From contig CADCTF010000059.1 in the NCBI GenBank assembly GCA_902805655.1, positions 3,140-67,139 on the forward strand: a stretch of 64,000 bases of DNA. Direction: 5' to 3'. Positions 42,608-52,033 of the stretch are shown piece by piece. A model generated the notes under the pieces. That model worked only from the letters and a program-made list of their open reading frames with translations, made no database searches and had not been told where the DNA came from. Position numbers and translations under genes: made by a program. Positions within the stretch are counted from its first letter, which is position 1. Each line of letters begins with the position of its first letter. This DNA is from an uncultured Acidimicrobiales bacterium (GTDB lineage Bacteria > Actinomycetota > Acidimicrobiia > Acidimicrobiales > CADCTF01).

Positions 42608-44050
42608 ATGCAGACCGCCAAGGCGTACATCGGCGGCCGCTGGGTCGCGGCCGCTCATCCCGACCAGGTCCTCGACGTCGTCGACCCCTCGACCGGGCTC
42701 GTCATCGGCTCCATACCGAAGGGCTCACCCGACGACGTCGACGCCGCCGCAGCCGCGGCGGGCGCCGCACAGCCGGCCTGGGAGCGCCTGGGCGCCGGCG
42801 AGCGCGCCACCCTGGTGAAGGAGGCGGCCCGGCGGGTCCGGGCCGCCAGCCAGGAGCTGGCTGCCATGCAGAGCGCCGAAGGCGGCAAGCCACTCGGCGA
42901 CTCGGAGGGCGGGGTGCTGGCCGGGGCCGGTGCGCTCGAGCAGTACGGAGAGCTCGGGCCGTTGCACCGGGGTCGCAGCCTGCAGGGTGGCTGGGGCGCC
43001 ACCGACGCCATGGTGCACGTGCCCTACGGCGTCGCCGCCCTCCTCGTGCCGTGGAACGACCCACTGGCCATCACCGGCGGACTCCTCGGCGCCGCCCTCG
43101 CCGCCGGCAACACGGTGGTGCTCAAGCCGTCGGAGAAGACACCACTGTCCTCGGCTCGCCTGGTCGAGCTGTTCGACCACCTCCCGCCCGGCGTGATCAA
43201 CCTCGTGCTGGGTGACGGCGCCGCCGGGGCGGCCCTCGTGGAGCACCCCCTGGTCGACCTCGTGGTCCACGTCGGATCCGTGCGCACCGGGCGGGCCATC
43301 GCCGAGCGGTGCGCGGCCCTGGGCAAGAAGGCCGTGCTCGAGCTGGGTGGCAAGGACCCCCTGATCGTGGACGAGGGCGTCGACCCGGCGTGGGCCGCAT
43401 CGCAGGCCGCGCTCGGGGCCTTCGCCAACTGCGGCCAGATCTGCACCTCGGTGGAGCGCATCTACGTGCACCGCAGCGTGGCCGAGGCGTTCCTCACCGA
43501 GCTGGTGCGGGAAGCCGAGCGGCGCGTGGTCGGCCCGCCCACCGACGAGGCCACGACCATGGGGCCGCTCGTCGACGAGGCCCAGCGCGCGAAGGTCGAC
43601 TCCCACGTGCAGGACGCGGTCGCCTCGGGCGCCACCGTGCTGACAGGTGGAAGGCCTGCCCCGGGGCCCGGGTTCTTCTACCCGCCGACCGTGCTCACCG
43701 ACGTGGGCGACGACATGGTGGTGTTCCAGGAGGAGACGTTCGGCCCCGTGGCCGCCGTGCGAGTGGTGGATTCCTTCGAGGAGGCGCTGGTGGCGGCCAA
43801 CGGCACCGAGTTCGGTCTCGCCGCGACGGTGCTCACGACGTCGCAGGAGCACGCCCAGCAGGCCATGCGAGAGCTACGGGTGGGCACGGTGAAGATCAAT
43901 GCCGTCTTCGGTGGTGCGCCCGGCGGTGCCGCCTCGCCCCACAAGGCCAGCGGGCAGGGCTTCGGCTACGGGCCGGAGCTGCTCGACGAGGTCACGCGCA
44001 CCCGAGTGGTGCACTACGGGTTACCCGGACGCGGACCGGCCCCCGGCTGA
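42608..44050 (+). CDS. NAD(P)-dependent aldehyde dehydrogenase
   Basis: AYIGGRWV...VVDPSTG, VLKPSEKTPLS, catalytic region ELGGKDPLIV and FANCGQICTSVERIYV. Confidence 0.9.
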   Translation: MQTAKAYIGGRWVAAAHPDQVLDVVDPSTGLVIGSIPKGSPDDVDAAAAAAGAAQPAWERLGAGERATLVKEAARRVRAASQELAAMQSAEGGKPLGDSEGGVLAGAGALEQYGELGPLHRGRSLQGGWGATDAMVHVPYGVAALLVPWNDPLAITGGLLGAALAAGNTVVLKPSEKTPLSSARLVELFDHLPPGVINLVLGDGAAGAALVEHPLVDLVVHVGSVRTGRAIAERCAALGKKAVLELGGKDPLIVDEGVDPAWAASQAALGAFANCGQICTSVERIYVHRSVAEAFLTELVREAERRVVGPPTDEATTMGPLVDEAQRAKVDSHVQDAVASGATVLTGGRPAPGPGFFYPPTVLTDVGDDMVVFQEETFGPVAAVRVVDSFEEALVAANGTEFGLAATVLTTSQEHAQQAMRELRVGTVKINAVFGGAPGGAASPHKASGQGFGYGPELLDEVTRTRVVHYGLPGRGPAPG

Positions 44051-44066
44051 GAGCCGGGGGCCGGTC
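44034..44066. terminator. Perfect 15-bp-stem hairpin GACCGGCCCCCGGCT-GAG-AGCCGGGGGCCGGTC (bidirectional terminator candidate)
   Basis: It lies between convergent ALDH (+) and SBP paralog 1 (-). The ALDH stop codon at 44048-44050 lies inside the hairpin. A second 6-bp hairpin follows at about 44079-44094. Confidence 0.6.
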
Positions 44067-44098
44067 GGTTCAGCAGTGCCGCCCCGAGGGGCGGGGCA

Positions 44099-45766
44099 TC
44101 AGTTCTGGCGCCAGATCTCCACGAAGCGAGGGCTGGCGCTGGGGTGTCCCTCTCCGAGCGTGCCGTCGGGGAACTTCCAGTCGGCGAGGCCGTGGATCTC
44201 GGGCTTGGCGCCGAGGGCGGTGGCCAGACCTCCGTGGAAGATGTACGGCTGCAGCTCGTTGACCCGCACCATCAGGTCCTGGTACGCCTTCTTGCGCACC
44301 TCGAGGTCACCGCTCTCCCGACCCCTCTTCACGAGCTCTCGCACTTGGGCGTCGTCGATGTCCAAGAGGTTGGCGGCGTTGTTGCGCAACGCGTAGGAGT
44401 TGTAGAAGACGTCCGGGTCGTCGTCGCTGCCGTTGCGGTTGCAGCTCACGTCGTACTGAGCGTCGTAGCTCGGGGCCGTGCCCACCAGCTTCTGGGTCAG
44501 CACGGTCTGGTCCACGAGGTCGAGCTCGGCCTCGAGACCCGCTTCCTTCCACTTCTGCTGGTAGATGAGCACCAGGTCGTTCAGGCTCGACACGCCTGCG
44601 GTGCAGGTGAGGCGCACCGTTGGCGGAGCGCCCACCGGCTTGCCGTCACTGCGGCTGGGGTCGTTGATGTACTCCCGCATCAGCGCCTTCGCCCGGTTCA
44701 TGTCGTTGTCGGCGTAGGCGGCATCGGCACGGGGGCTGTAGTAGGGCGAGTCGGCGGCGAAGAGCTGCTTGGTGACGGGGGCGATGCCGTCGAGGCCCTG
44801 CACGCTGATCAGCTGCCTTTGGTCCACGGCGTAGGCCATGGCCTTGCGCACCCGCACGTCGTTGGTCGGCGGCTTGCCCATGTTCAGGTTGAGGTCGGCG
44901 ACGACGTTTCCGATGTCGGGATAGTTCTTGATCGACCCGTCGGCCGCCGCGCGCTTGACGTTCTGCGCCTGGCGGACGGTCTGCATGATGTCGGCGTCGC
45001 CTGACATGAGCGTGGCCAGACGGGCGTCCTCATCGGGGATCGGCTTGAACGTGACCTGGTCGAGGTAGGGAAGCCCCTTGTCCTTCTGCCAGTAGTTCGG
45101 GTTCTTCTTCACCACCAAGGCGTTGTCCCGCTGCCAGCTCACGAAGGTGAACGGACCCGCGCCGACCGGAGCGGTGGAGAACGCGTCCTTGCCCACGGCG
45201 TCGGCCTGCTTGGTGGAGAACGGCATGCCGAGCACGCCCGCCAGCAGGCTCGGGAAGGCGCCGTTCGGGCCGGTGAGGGTGTACCTGACCGTCAGGTCGT
45301 CGACCGCCTCCACCGAGGTGATAACCGCGGCGGTGCCCGCCGTCCGGGACCCCGACTCCTTGTGGTACCTCATCCCGTCGACGATGCTCTGGGCGTTGAG
45401 CGGCGTGTTGTCCGAGAACATGACGCCAGGCCGCAGCTTCAGCGTCCATGCGGTGAACTCGGCGTTGGGTGTGAGGGACTCCGCCATGTAGGGCCGCACG
45501 AGACCCTTCTCGTCCGCCGCCATGAGGGTGTCGAAGATCGACACCATGATCATTCCCCGACCGGAGACCACAGGCGGGAAGAACCCGTTGCTGTCGGCCT
45601 CTATGGCCATGACCAGCGAGCCACCGGCCTTGGGCGTGAGCTCTTCGTCGTCACCGCCCGCACCACCGCCATCGCTCCCGCCGCATGCTCCGAGCAGGAC
45701 GACGGACAACGCCACGGCGGCAGCCGGCCAACGCCGACGCCTAACCCAGGATGAAGACAGCCGCAT
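44099..45766 (-). CDS. ABC transporter substrate-binding lipoprotein, family 5 (peptide/nickel type), paralog 1
   Basis: Lipobox LLGACGGS after MRLSSSWVRRRRWPAAAVALSVV. SBP_bac_5-like body (NPNYWQKDKGLPYLDQVTFKPIPDEDARLATLMSGDADI). Confidence 0.85.
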   Translation of the reverse strand: MRLSSSWVRRRRWPAAAVALSVVLLGACGGSDGGGAGGDDEELTPKAGGSLVMAIEADSNGFFPPVVSGRGMIMVSIFDTLMAADEKGLVRPYMAESLTPNAEFTAWTLKLRPGVMFSDNTPLNAQSIVDGMRYHKESGSRTAGTAAVITSVEAVDDLTVRYTLTGPNGAFPSLLAGVLGMPFSTKQADAVGKDAFSTAPVGAGPFTFVSWQRDNALVVKKNPNYWQKDKGLPYLDQVTFKPIPDEDARLATLMSGDADIMQTVRQAQNVKRAAADGSIKNYPDIGNVVADLNLNMGKPPTNDVRVRKAMAYAVDQRQLISVQGLDGIAPVTKQLFAADSPYYSPRADAAYADNDMNRAKALMREYINDPSRSDGKPVGAPPTVRLTCTAGVSSLNDLVLIYQQKWKEAGLEAELDLVDQTVLTQKLVGTAPSYDAQYDVSCNRNGSDDDPDVFYNSYALRNNAANLLDIDDAQVRELVKRGRESGDLEVRKKAYQDLMVRVNELQPYIFHGGLATALGAKPEIHGLADWKFPDGTLGEGHPSASPRFVEIWRQN

Positions 45767-45928
45767 ACGGGCCCCCTCGTGACCGGCAGGACTGCAGCTA
45801 CCCCCCCGGGCGGCACCGCCGTCCGGCAAACGTAGCGGCACCCGACTCCAGTTTGGCGGTCACCTCCGCACCGACGTCGGCGCGGAGGGCTCCTGGGCGG
45901 GCGCCTTGTCGTGCGCCGTTCTGGCGCG

Positions 45929-45961
45929 GACCGGCCCCCGGCTGAGAGCCGGGGGCCGGTC
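45929..45961 (-). terminator. Identical copy of the 15-bp-stem hairpin downstream of SBP paralog 2
   Basis: It has the same 33-nt sequence as 44034..44066 and lies 32 nt past the paralog 2 stop. Confidence 0.55.
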
Positions 45962-45992
45962 GTTCAGCTCTGCCGCCCCGAGGGACGCAGCA

Positions 45993-47660
45993 TCAGTTCT
46001 GGCGCCAGATCTCCACGAAGCGGGGGCTGGCGCTCGGGTGACCCGAGCCCCGGGTGCCGTCCGGGAACTTCCAGTCGGGGATGCCCTTGATCTCGGGCTT
46101 GGCTCCGAGAGCCGTGGCCAGACCACCGTGGATGATGTACGGCTGCAGCTCGTTGACCCGCACCATCATGTCCTGGTAGGCCTTCTTGCGGACCTCCGGG
46201 TCGCCACTGGCCCGGCCCTGCTGCACCAGCTCACGCACCCTGGCGTCGTCGATGTCGAGGACGTTGGCCGCGTTGTTGAGGATGGCGTAGGAGTTGTAGA
46301 AGGTGTCCGGGTCGTCGTCGCTGCCGTTGCGGTTGCAGCTGACCTCGTATCCAGCGGCGTACTGGGGGGGCGTGCCCACCAGCTTCGAGACGAGCACGGC
46401 CTGGTCGACCAGGTCGAGCGTCGACTCCATGCCCGCCTCCTTCCACTTCTGCTGGTAGATGAGCACCAGGTCGTTGAGGCTGGAGACGCCGGCCGTGCAG
46501 GTGATCGCCACGGTCGGAGGTGTGCCCACCGGCTTGCCGTCGGAGCGAGCGGGGTCGTTGATGTACTCCCGCATCAGCGCCTTGGCCCGGTTCATGTCGT
46601 TGTCGGCGTACGCCCTGTCCGCCGCCTCGCTGTAGTACGGCGAGTCCTTGGCGAAGAGCTGCTTCGTCACCGGTGCAACACCCTCGAGGCCCTGCACGCT
46701 GATCAGCTGCCTCTGGTCGACCGCGTACGCGAGTGCCTTGCGGACCCGGACGTCGTTCGTCGGCGGCTTGCCCATGTTGAGGTTGAGGTCGGCCACGACG
46801 TTGCCGATGTCGGGGTAGTTCTTGATCGACCCGCCCTCCGCGGCCCGCTTCACGTTCTGAGCCTGCCGAACGGTCTGCATGATGTCGGCGTCGCCGGACA
46901 TCAGCGTGGCCAGGCGGGCGTCCTCGTCGGGAATCGGCCGGAAGGTGACCTGGTCGAGGTAGGGAAGCCCCTTGTCCTTCTGCCAGTAGTTCGGGTTCTT
47001 CTTCACCACGAACGCGCTGTCACGCTGCCAGCTCACGAACATGAACGGGCCGGCCCCGATGGGGGCGGAGTTGAACCTCTCCCGGCCGATCGTGTCGACC
47101 GCCTTCGAGAACGGCATGCCGAGAACACCGGTGAGCAGGCTCGGGAAGGCACCGTTGGGCCCGGTCAGGTCGAAGCGAGCGGTGAGATCGTCGATCACGG
47201 TGACGCCGGTGATGACGGCGGTGGCACCGGAGGTCCGCGACCCGGCAACCTTGTGGTACTCCATGAAGTTGTGCCGGATGGTGTCGGCGTTGAGCGGCGT
47301 GTTGTCGTGGAACATGACCCCGGGACGCAGCTTCAAGGTCCACTGCGCGAAGTCCGCGCTCGGGGTGAGCGACTCCGCCATGTAGGGCCTCACCACGCCC
47401 TTCTCGTCCTCAGCCATCAAGGTGTCGTAGATGGTGACCTGAATGAGCGCTCGGCCCGTCTCGAACGGTGGGAACCACCCGTTGCTCTCGGCCTCGGTGG
47501 CCATGACGAGCTGACCGCCGGCCTTCGGCGTCAGCTGCTCCTCGTCGCCGCCGGCCTCCCCGCCGTCACTCCCGCCACATGCTCCGACGAGCATCACCGA
47601 CAACGCCACGGCGGCGGCCGGCCAACGCCGACGCCTCCCCCCGGATGAAGACAACCGCAT
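45993..47660 (-). CDS. ABC transporter substrate-binding lipoprotein, family 5, paralog 2
   Basis: Same architecture as paralog 1 and near-identical over long stretches. Lipobox LVGACGGS. Confidence 0.85.
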   Translation of the reverse strand: MRLSSSGGRRRRWPAAAVALSVMLVGACGGSDGGEAGGDEEQLTPKAGGQLVMATEAESNGWFPPFETGRALIQVTIYDTLMAEDEKGVVRPYMAESLTPSADFAQWTLKLRPGVMFHDNTPLNADTIRHNFMEYHKVAGSRTSGATAVITGVTVIDDLTARFDLTGPNGAFPSLLTGVLGMPFSKAVDTIGRERFNSAPIGAGPFMFVSWQRDSAFVVKKNPNYWQKDKGLPYLDQVTFRPIPDEDARLATLMSGDADIMQTVRQAQNVKRAAEGGSIKNYPDIGNVVADLNLNMGKPPTNDVRVRKALAYAVDQRQLISVQGLEGVAPVTKQLFAKDSPYYSEAADRAYADNDMNRAKALMREYINDPARSDGKPVGTPPTVAITCTAGVSSLNDLVLIYQQKWKEAGMESTLDLVDQAVLVSKLVGTPPQYAAGYEVSCNRNGSDDDPDTFYNSYAILNNAANVLDIDDARVRELVQQGRASGDPEVRKKAYQDMMVRVNELQPYIIHGGLATALGAKPEIKGIPDWKFPDGTRGSGHPSASPRFVEIWRQN

Positions 47661-47836
47661 ACAGCCCCCTCGTTCACGGCAGGACTGCAGCTACCCCCCT
47701 GGGTGGCACCGCCGTTCGGCAACCGTAGCGGTACCGGCTCGCAGTGTGGCGGTCGCGTTACGGAAAATCTCACGCCGATTCGGGCAGAACCGGTACAAAG
47801 CGGGACGACTCGATGTCGTCCGCCAGCCGGACGCGA

Positions 47837-47867
47837 ACCGGCCCCCGGCGAAGAGCCGAGGGCCGGT
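47837..47867 (-). terminator. Degenerate copy of the same hairpin downstream of SBP paralog 3
   Basis: ACCGGCCCCCGGC-GAAGA-GCCGAGGGCCGGT, with one mismatch in the stem. Confidence 0.4.
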
Positions 47868-47898
47868 GTCCAGCGGTGTCGCCCCGTGGGCAACGGAT

Positions 47899-49572
47899 CT
47901 AGCGCTGGCGCCAGATCTCCACGAAGCGGGGGCTCGCACTGGGGTGGCCCGAGCCCAAGCTGCCGTCGGGCAGCTTCCAGTCGGCGAGGCCCTTGATCTC
48001 CGGCTTGGCCCCGATGGCCGTGGCCAGCGCACCGTGGATGATGTAGGGCTGCAGCTCGTTGACCCGCACCATCATGTCCTGGTACGCCTTCTTGCGGACC
48101 TCCGGATCGCCGCTGGCCCGGCCCTGCTGGAACAGCTCTCGCACCCTGGCGTCGTCCATGTCGACCAGGTTGGCGGCGATGTTGGGGACCGCAAGGGTGT
48201 TGTAGAGGACGTCCGGATCGTCGTCGGTGCCACTCCGGTTGCAGCTGACGTCGAACCCTGCCTTGAAGTCGGGGGCGACGCCCACCAGCTTCTGCACGAG
48301 CACGGCCTGATCGACCAGATCGAGCGACGCCTCCAGGCCCGCCTCCTTCCACTTCTGCTGGTAGATCAGCACCAGGTCGTTGAGGCTGGAGACGCCGGCG
48401 GTGCAGGTGATGGCCAGCGTCGGGGGCGTACCCACCGGCTTGCCGTCGGAGCGTGCCGGATCGTTGATGTACTCACGCATCAGGGCCTTGGCCCGATTCA
48501 TGTCGTTCTCGGCGTAGGCGTCGTCGGCCCGCGTCGAGTAGTAGGGCGAGTCCTTGTTGAAGAGCTGCTTGGCGACCGGGGCGATGCCTTCGAGCCCTTG
48601 GACGCTGATGAGCTGCTTCTGGTCGACCGCGTACGCCATCGCCTTGCGAACCCGGATGTCGTTGGTCGGAGGCTTGCCCATGTTGAGGTTGAGGTTGGCA
48701 TTGGTGTTGCCGATGTCCGGGTAGCTCTTGATCGACCCATCATCGGCGGCCGCCTTGACCCTGTGGGCCTGCCGCACGGTCTGCATGAGGTCGACGTCGC
48801 CGGACTGCAGGGTGGCCAGGCGGGCGTCCTCATCGGGGATCGGCCGCGTGGTGATCTGGTCGAGGTAGGGAAGCCCCTTGTCCTTCTGCCAGTAGTTGGG
48901 GTTCTTCTTCATGACCAGCGCGTTGTCACGCTGCCAGCTCACGAACATGAACGGCCCTGCTCCCCCACCGACGGGACCCGAGCTGAACTTCTCCTTGCCC
49001 CCGGCGGCCTCGACCGCGGCAGGCGAGAAGGGCATGCCGATGACCCCGGTGAGCAAGCTCGGGAAGGCCCCGTTGGGGCCGGCGAGGTCGTAGCGGGCGG
49101 TGAGGGGGTCGACCACGGTGACGCCGGTGATGACCTGGGTGGTGCCGGACGTCTGCGACCCTTGCGCCTTGTGGTACTCCATCATGCCCTTCCGGATGGC
49201 TTCGGCGTCCAGGGGCGTGTTGTCATGGAACGTGATTCCGGGACGCAGCTTCAGCGTCCACTGCGTGAAGTCGGCGTTCGGGGTCAGCGACTCCGCCATG
49301 TAGGGCTTCACCACGCCCTTGGAGTCCTCGGCCATCAGGGTGTCGTAGATCGCCGTGGTGATCAGGGACTTTCCGCTCTGCACCGGCGGGAACCAACCAG
49401 GGCTGTCGGCTTCGAGCGCCATCAGAAGATTTCCGCCGGCTACGGGCTTCTCGTCGTCGGCCGTAGCGGTCTCATTGCCATCGCCTCCCCCACAGGCTCC
49501 GACCAGCACCACCGACAACGCCACCGCGGCGGCCGGCCAACGCCGACGCCTCTTCCAAGATGACACCTTCAT
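47899..49572 (-). CDS. ABC transporter substrate-binding lipoprotein, family 5, paralog 3
   Basis: Same architecture. Start ATG 49572 (MKVSSWKRRRRWPAAAVALSVVLVGACGGG). Confidence 0.85.
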   Translation of the reverse strand: MKVSSWKRRRRWPAAAVALSVVLVGACGGGDGNETATADDEKPVAGGNLLMALEADSPGWFPPVQSGKSLITTAIYDTLMAEDSKGVVKPYMAESLTPNADFTQWTLKLRPGITFHDNTPLDAEAIRKGMMEYHKAQGSQTSGTTQVITGVTVVDPLTARYDLAGPNGAFPSLLTGVIGMPFSPAAVEAAGGKEKFSSGPVGGGAGPFMFVSWQRDNALVMKKNPNYWQKDKGLPYLDQITTRPIPDEDARLATLQSGDVDLMQTVRQAHRVKAAADDGSIKSYPDIGNTNANLNLNMGKPPTNDIRVRKAMAYAVDQKQLISVQGLEGIAPVAKQLFNKDSPYYSTRADDAYAENDMNRAKALMREYINDPARSDGKPVGTPPTLAITCTAGVSSLNDLVLIYQQKWKEAGLEASLDLVDQAVLVQKLVGVAPDFKAGFDVSCNRSGTDDDPDVLYNTLAVPNIAANLVDMDDARVRELFQQGRASGDPEVRKKAYQDMMVRVNELQPYIIHGALATAIGAKPEIKGLADWKLPDGSLGSGHPSASPRFVEIWRQR

Positions 49573-49681
49573 ACGGTCCCCTTCGTCCGGCAGGAAAAAG
49601 CCGCTACCCCCCCGGGTCGCACCGCCGCATGGCCACCGTATCGGTATGGAAACCCCGTATGGCGATCGTGTTACGAATTGT

Positions 49682-50098
49682 TTAGGTCTCCGTCGGGCGG
49701 AACCGGTACAGAGCGGCGCCATCTCCGGCGTCTTGGAAGACGACCTCGACCGCTTGGCCGATGGAGACCGACTCCGGATCGCACTCGACGATGTTCGTGA
49801 GGATGCGCGGGCCCTCTTCCAGCTCCACGTAGGCCACCACGAAGGGAGCGGCGTCCTTGTACGGGCCCTGGCCCTTGCGGACGATGGTGTACGTGTAGAT
49901 CGTGCCCTTGCCGGAACCCTCGAACCACGAGGTGTCGGTGCTGTGGCAGTCGGGGCAGACGAAGCGCGGGTACCAGATGATGACGCCGCACGAGTCGCAC
50001 CGCTTGAGCAGGAACTTGCCCTGCGCGGCTGCGTCCCAGAACTCCTGGGTGTCGAAGTTGGGCGACGGGGCGGGAACGGGCAGCGGGTTCGCGGTCAT
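49682..50098 (-). CDS. Zn-ribbon/OB-fold protein (DUF35 family), partner of SCP-x type thiolase
   Basis: FWDAAAQGKFLLKRCDSCGVIIWYPRFVCPDCHS...GKGTIYTYTIV...VVAYVELEEGPRILTNI. ATGA overlap with the upstream thiolase gene. Confidence 0.8.
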   Translation of the reverse strand: MTANPLPVPAPSPNFDTQEFWDAAAQGKFLLKRCDSCGVIIWYPRFVCPDCHSTDTSWFEGSGKGTIYTYTIVRKGQGPYKDAAPFVVAYVELEEGPRILTNIVECDPESVSIGQAVEVVFQDAGDGAALYRFRPTET

Positions 50099-51279
50099 GC
50101 GTCTTCCCTTCCGAGGATGAGGGTGGCACTGCCCATGCGGGTCGACAGCGCGCCGCCGGTGCCATGGGCCAGGACAATGTTGCAATCGGGCACCTGCACG
50201 GCGGGATGGGCCTCCCCGCGCACCTGGCGCACGGCCTCGAGGACCTTCGTCATGCCTCCCCGGTTGGCCGGGTGGTTGTTGCAGAGGCCGCCTCCGTCGG
50301 TGTTGAACGGGAGCTTGCCGTGGGGAGCGACGAGGGCGCCGTCGAGCACGAAGCGCCCACCCTGGCCCTTCTCGCAGAAGCCCAGGTCCTCGATCTGCTC
50401 GAGCACGGTGATGGTGAAGGAGTCGTAGATCGACGCGTAGTCGATGTCCGCCTGGGTGACACCGGCCTCCTCGAACGCCCGTGGGCCGGACCACACCGCC
50501 CCGGAGTAGGTGAGGTCCACTCGACCGTTCATGGCGTGCTTCTGCGCCTCACCGTGACCGAGGATCTTCACGGTCTGGCGGTCGAGGCTGTGCGCCACCT
50601 CGGGGCTGACCACCACCACCGCGCCGCCGCCGTCGGTGATGACACAGCAGTCAAGCCGGTGCAGGGGGTCGCTGATCATCGGTGAGGCCAGCACCTCCTC
50701 GACCGTCACCACGTTCGGCATGAGCGCGTGCGGGTTGTACTGGGCGTGGATGGAGGCGGCCACCTTGATCTCCGCCAGCTGCTCGCTCGTGGTGCCGAAC
50801 TCGTACATGTGGCGCTGCGCGGCGAGGGCGTAGTTGTACGGTGCGCCGGCCAGGCCCCAGAGGCCCTCGAAGCTCGTCTCGGGCGGCGCGTCCACACCCC
50901 CGCCGCCGCCACCGCCTCCGCGCGGCCCGCCCCGGCTGCTGCGGGGCTTGCCGGCCAGGGTGACGAGGGCAACCGAGCACTTCCCGGCGGCGATCGCCGT
51001 GGCCGCATGACCCACGTGCCCGAGGTACGACGAGCCGCCCGTCTCGGTGTTGTCCAGATAGCTGCACTGCAGGCCGAGGTAGTCGACCATGGAGATGCCG
51101 CCCATGCCCGGGACGGTGGAGTCGCAGAAGTAGCCGTCGACGTCGCTGAGTGTGAGGCCGGCATCGGCCACCGCGCCGAGGGCCACCTCGGCATGGATCT
51201 GCGTGAGCGTCCGGTCCGGGATCTCTCGCCGTGGATGCTCGTAGATGCCGGCGATGAACGCCTTGCCGCGAATGCTCAT
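50095..51279 (-). CDS. Thiolase-like lipid-transfer (SCP-x/nonspecific thiolase) protein
   Basis: KAFIAGIYEHP... thiolase-fold segments including CCVITDGGGAVVV and GGGLCNNHPANRGGMTKVLEAVRQVRGE. Start ATG 51279. Confidence 0.85.
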   Translation of the reverse strand: MSIRGKAFIAGIYEHPRREIPDRTLTQIHAEVALGAVADAGLTLSDVDGYFCDSTVPGMGGISMVDYLGLQCSYLDNTETGGSSYLGHVGHAATAIAAGKCSVALVTLAGKPRSSRGGPRGGGGGGGGVDAPPETSFEGLWGLAGAPYNYALAAQRHMYEFGTTSEQLAEIKVAASIHAQYNPHALMPNVVTVEEVLASPMISDPLHRLDCCVITDGGGAVVVVSPEVAHSLDRQTVKILGHGEAQKHAMNGRVDLTYSGAVWSGPRAFEEAGVTQADIDYASIYDSFTITVLEQIEDLGFCEKGQGGRFVLDGALVAPHGKLPFNTDGGGLCNNHPANRGGMTKVLEAVRQVRGEAHPAVQVPDCNIVLAHGTGGALSTRMGSATLILGREDA

Positions 51280-51520
51280 GCGCGCCCCCTGGTCGTCTTC
51301 CACCGGCTCTGCACCGGCGGAACTTCGAGACTCTAACCAGCGGCGGGGCGTGCCTGGGTCAACCGAGCGCGCGAGTGGGGGTTGCGCGAGTGGTCATGCC
51401 CGCTCATTCGCGGCCTGGTCACTCAACCACTCCGGCAAGCCCGCCGATCCACGCCGTGTGCAACCAGTACGCAACGGCGTGCAGTTGACGCGACGACACA
51501 AGGCGAGGGACAGGGAGATC

Positions 51521-52012
51521 GTGAACGTTCGAAGTGGTGCAGCTGTCGCAGTGGGTGTGCTGGCGTGGCTCGGCCTGGGTTCGCCGGCGGCCATGGCCCA
51601 GGAGAAGGAGACCTTCCCGGTGTTCGAGTGTGCGGCACCGAACAGCGACGGGACGTTCACCGGCTTCTTCGGCTATCAGAGCGGCGAGGCCGCGTCGGTC
51701 GTCATGCCAGTCGGAGCACAGAACCAGTTCACCACCCCGGCGCACGATCGCGGGCAGCCCACCACCATCGCTCCCGGGCGCCACGTGGCCGTCTTCTCCG
51801 TCCGCTTCGCGGCCGGCGACCAGGTGATGTGGCACCTGAAGACCGCCAACGCCGTCGCCGACGCGACGAAGCTGTGCTCGGCACCGGCGGAGCTGGCCGA
51901 AGTCGGGACCTGGCTGGCGCTGCCGGCGGCATCGGCGGCGTCGCTGGCGGGCTGGGTGCTGGTGCAGCGGCGACGGAACAACCAGCGGGTCGCTCCGACC
52001 CCAGCCGGCTAG
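51521..52012 (+). CDS. Small secreted protein with C-terminal tripartite anchor-like signal (short motif, hydrophobic helix, Arg cluster)
   Basis: N-terminal signal AAVAVGVLAWLGLGSPAAMAQE. C-terminus SAPAELAEVGTWLALPAASAASLAGWVLVQRRRNN. GTG start at 51521 preceded by GGGAG. Confidence 0.5.
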   Translation: MNVRSGAAVAVGVLAWLGLGSPAAMAQEKETFPVFECAAPNSDGTFTGFFGYQSGEAASVVMPVGAQNQFTTPAHDRGQPTTIAPGRHVAVFSVRFAAGDQVMWHLKTANAVADATKLCSAPAELAEVGTWLALPAASAASLAGWVLVQRRRNNQRVAPTPAG

Positions 52013-52033
52013 CGGCGGCCCTACCCGCCGCCC

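Larger units (their letters stand above)
44034..49700 (-). repeat. Tandem triplication (unit about 1.9 kb) of terminator hairpin, SBP gene and 5' leader
   Basis: The stops at 44099, 45993 and 47899 are spaced 1894 and 1906 bp apart. Shared features are the C-terminal ...GHPSASPRFVEIWRQ(N/R), the leader element GGGGGGTAGC(TGCAGTCCTGCCG) and the hairpins. Confidence 0.85.

Noticed and set aside
44034-49700. SBP triplication as a transposon or other mobile element
   Set aside because: There are no transposase, integrase or terminal inverted repeats. The repeat boundaries coincide with gene, terminator and leader units, which is consistent with unequal recombination or segmental duplication.
51369-51393. 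Direct repeat GCGCGAGTGG (x2, 15-nt spacing) upstream of the exosortase-module genes as a regulator binding site
   Set aside because: It consists of only two short GC-rich copies in a GC-rich genome. I cannot distinguish this from chance without comparative data.
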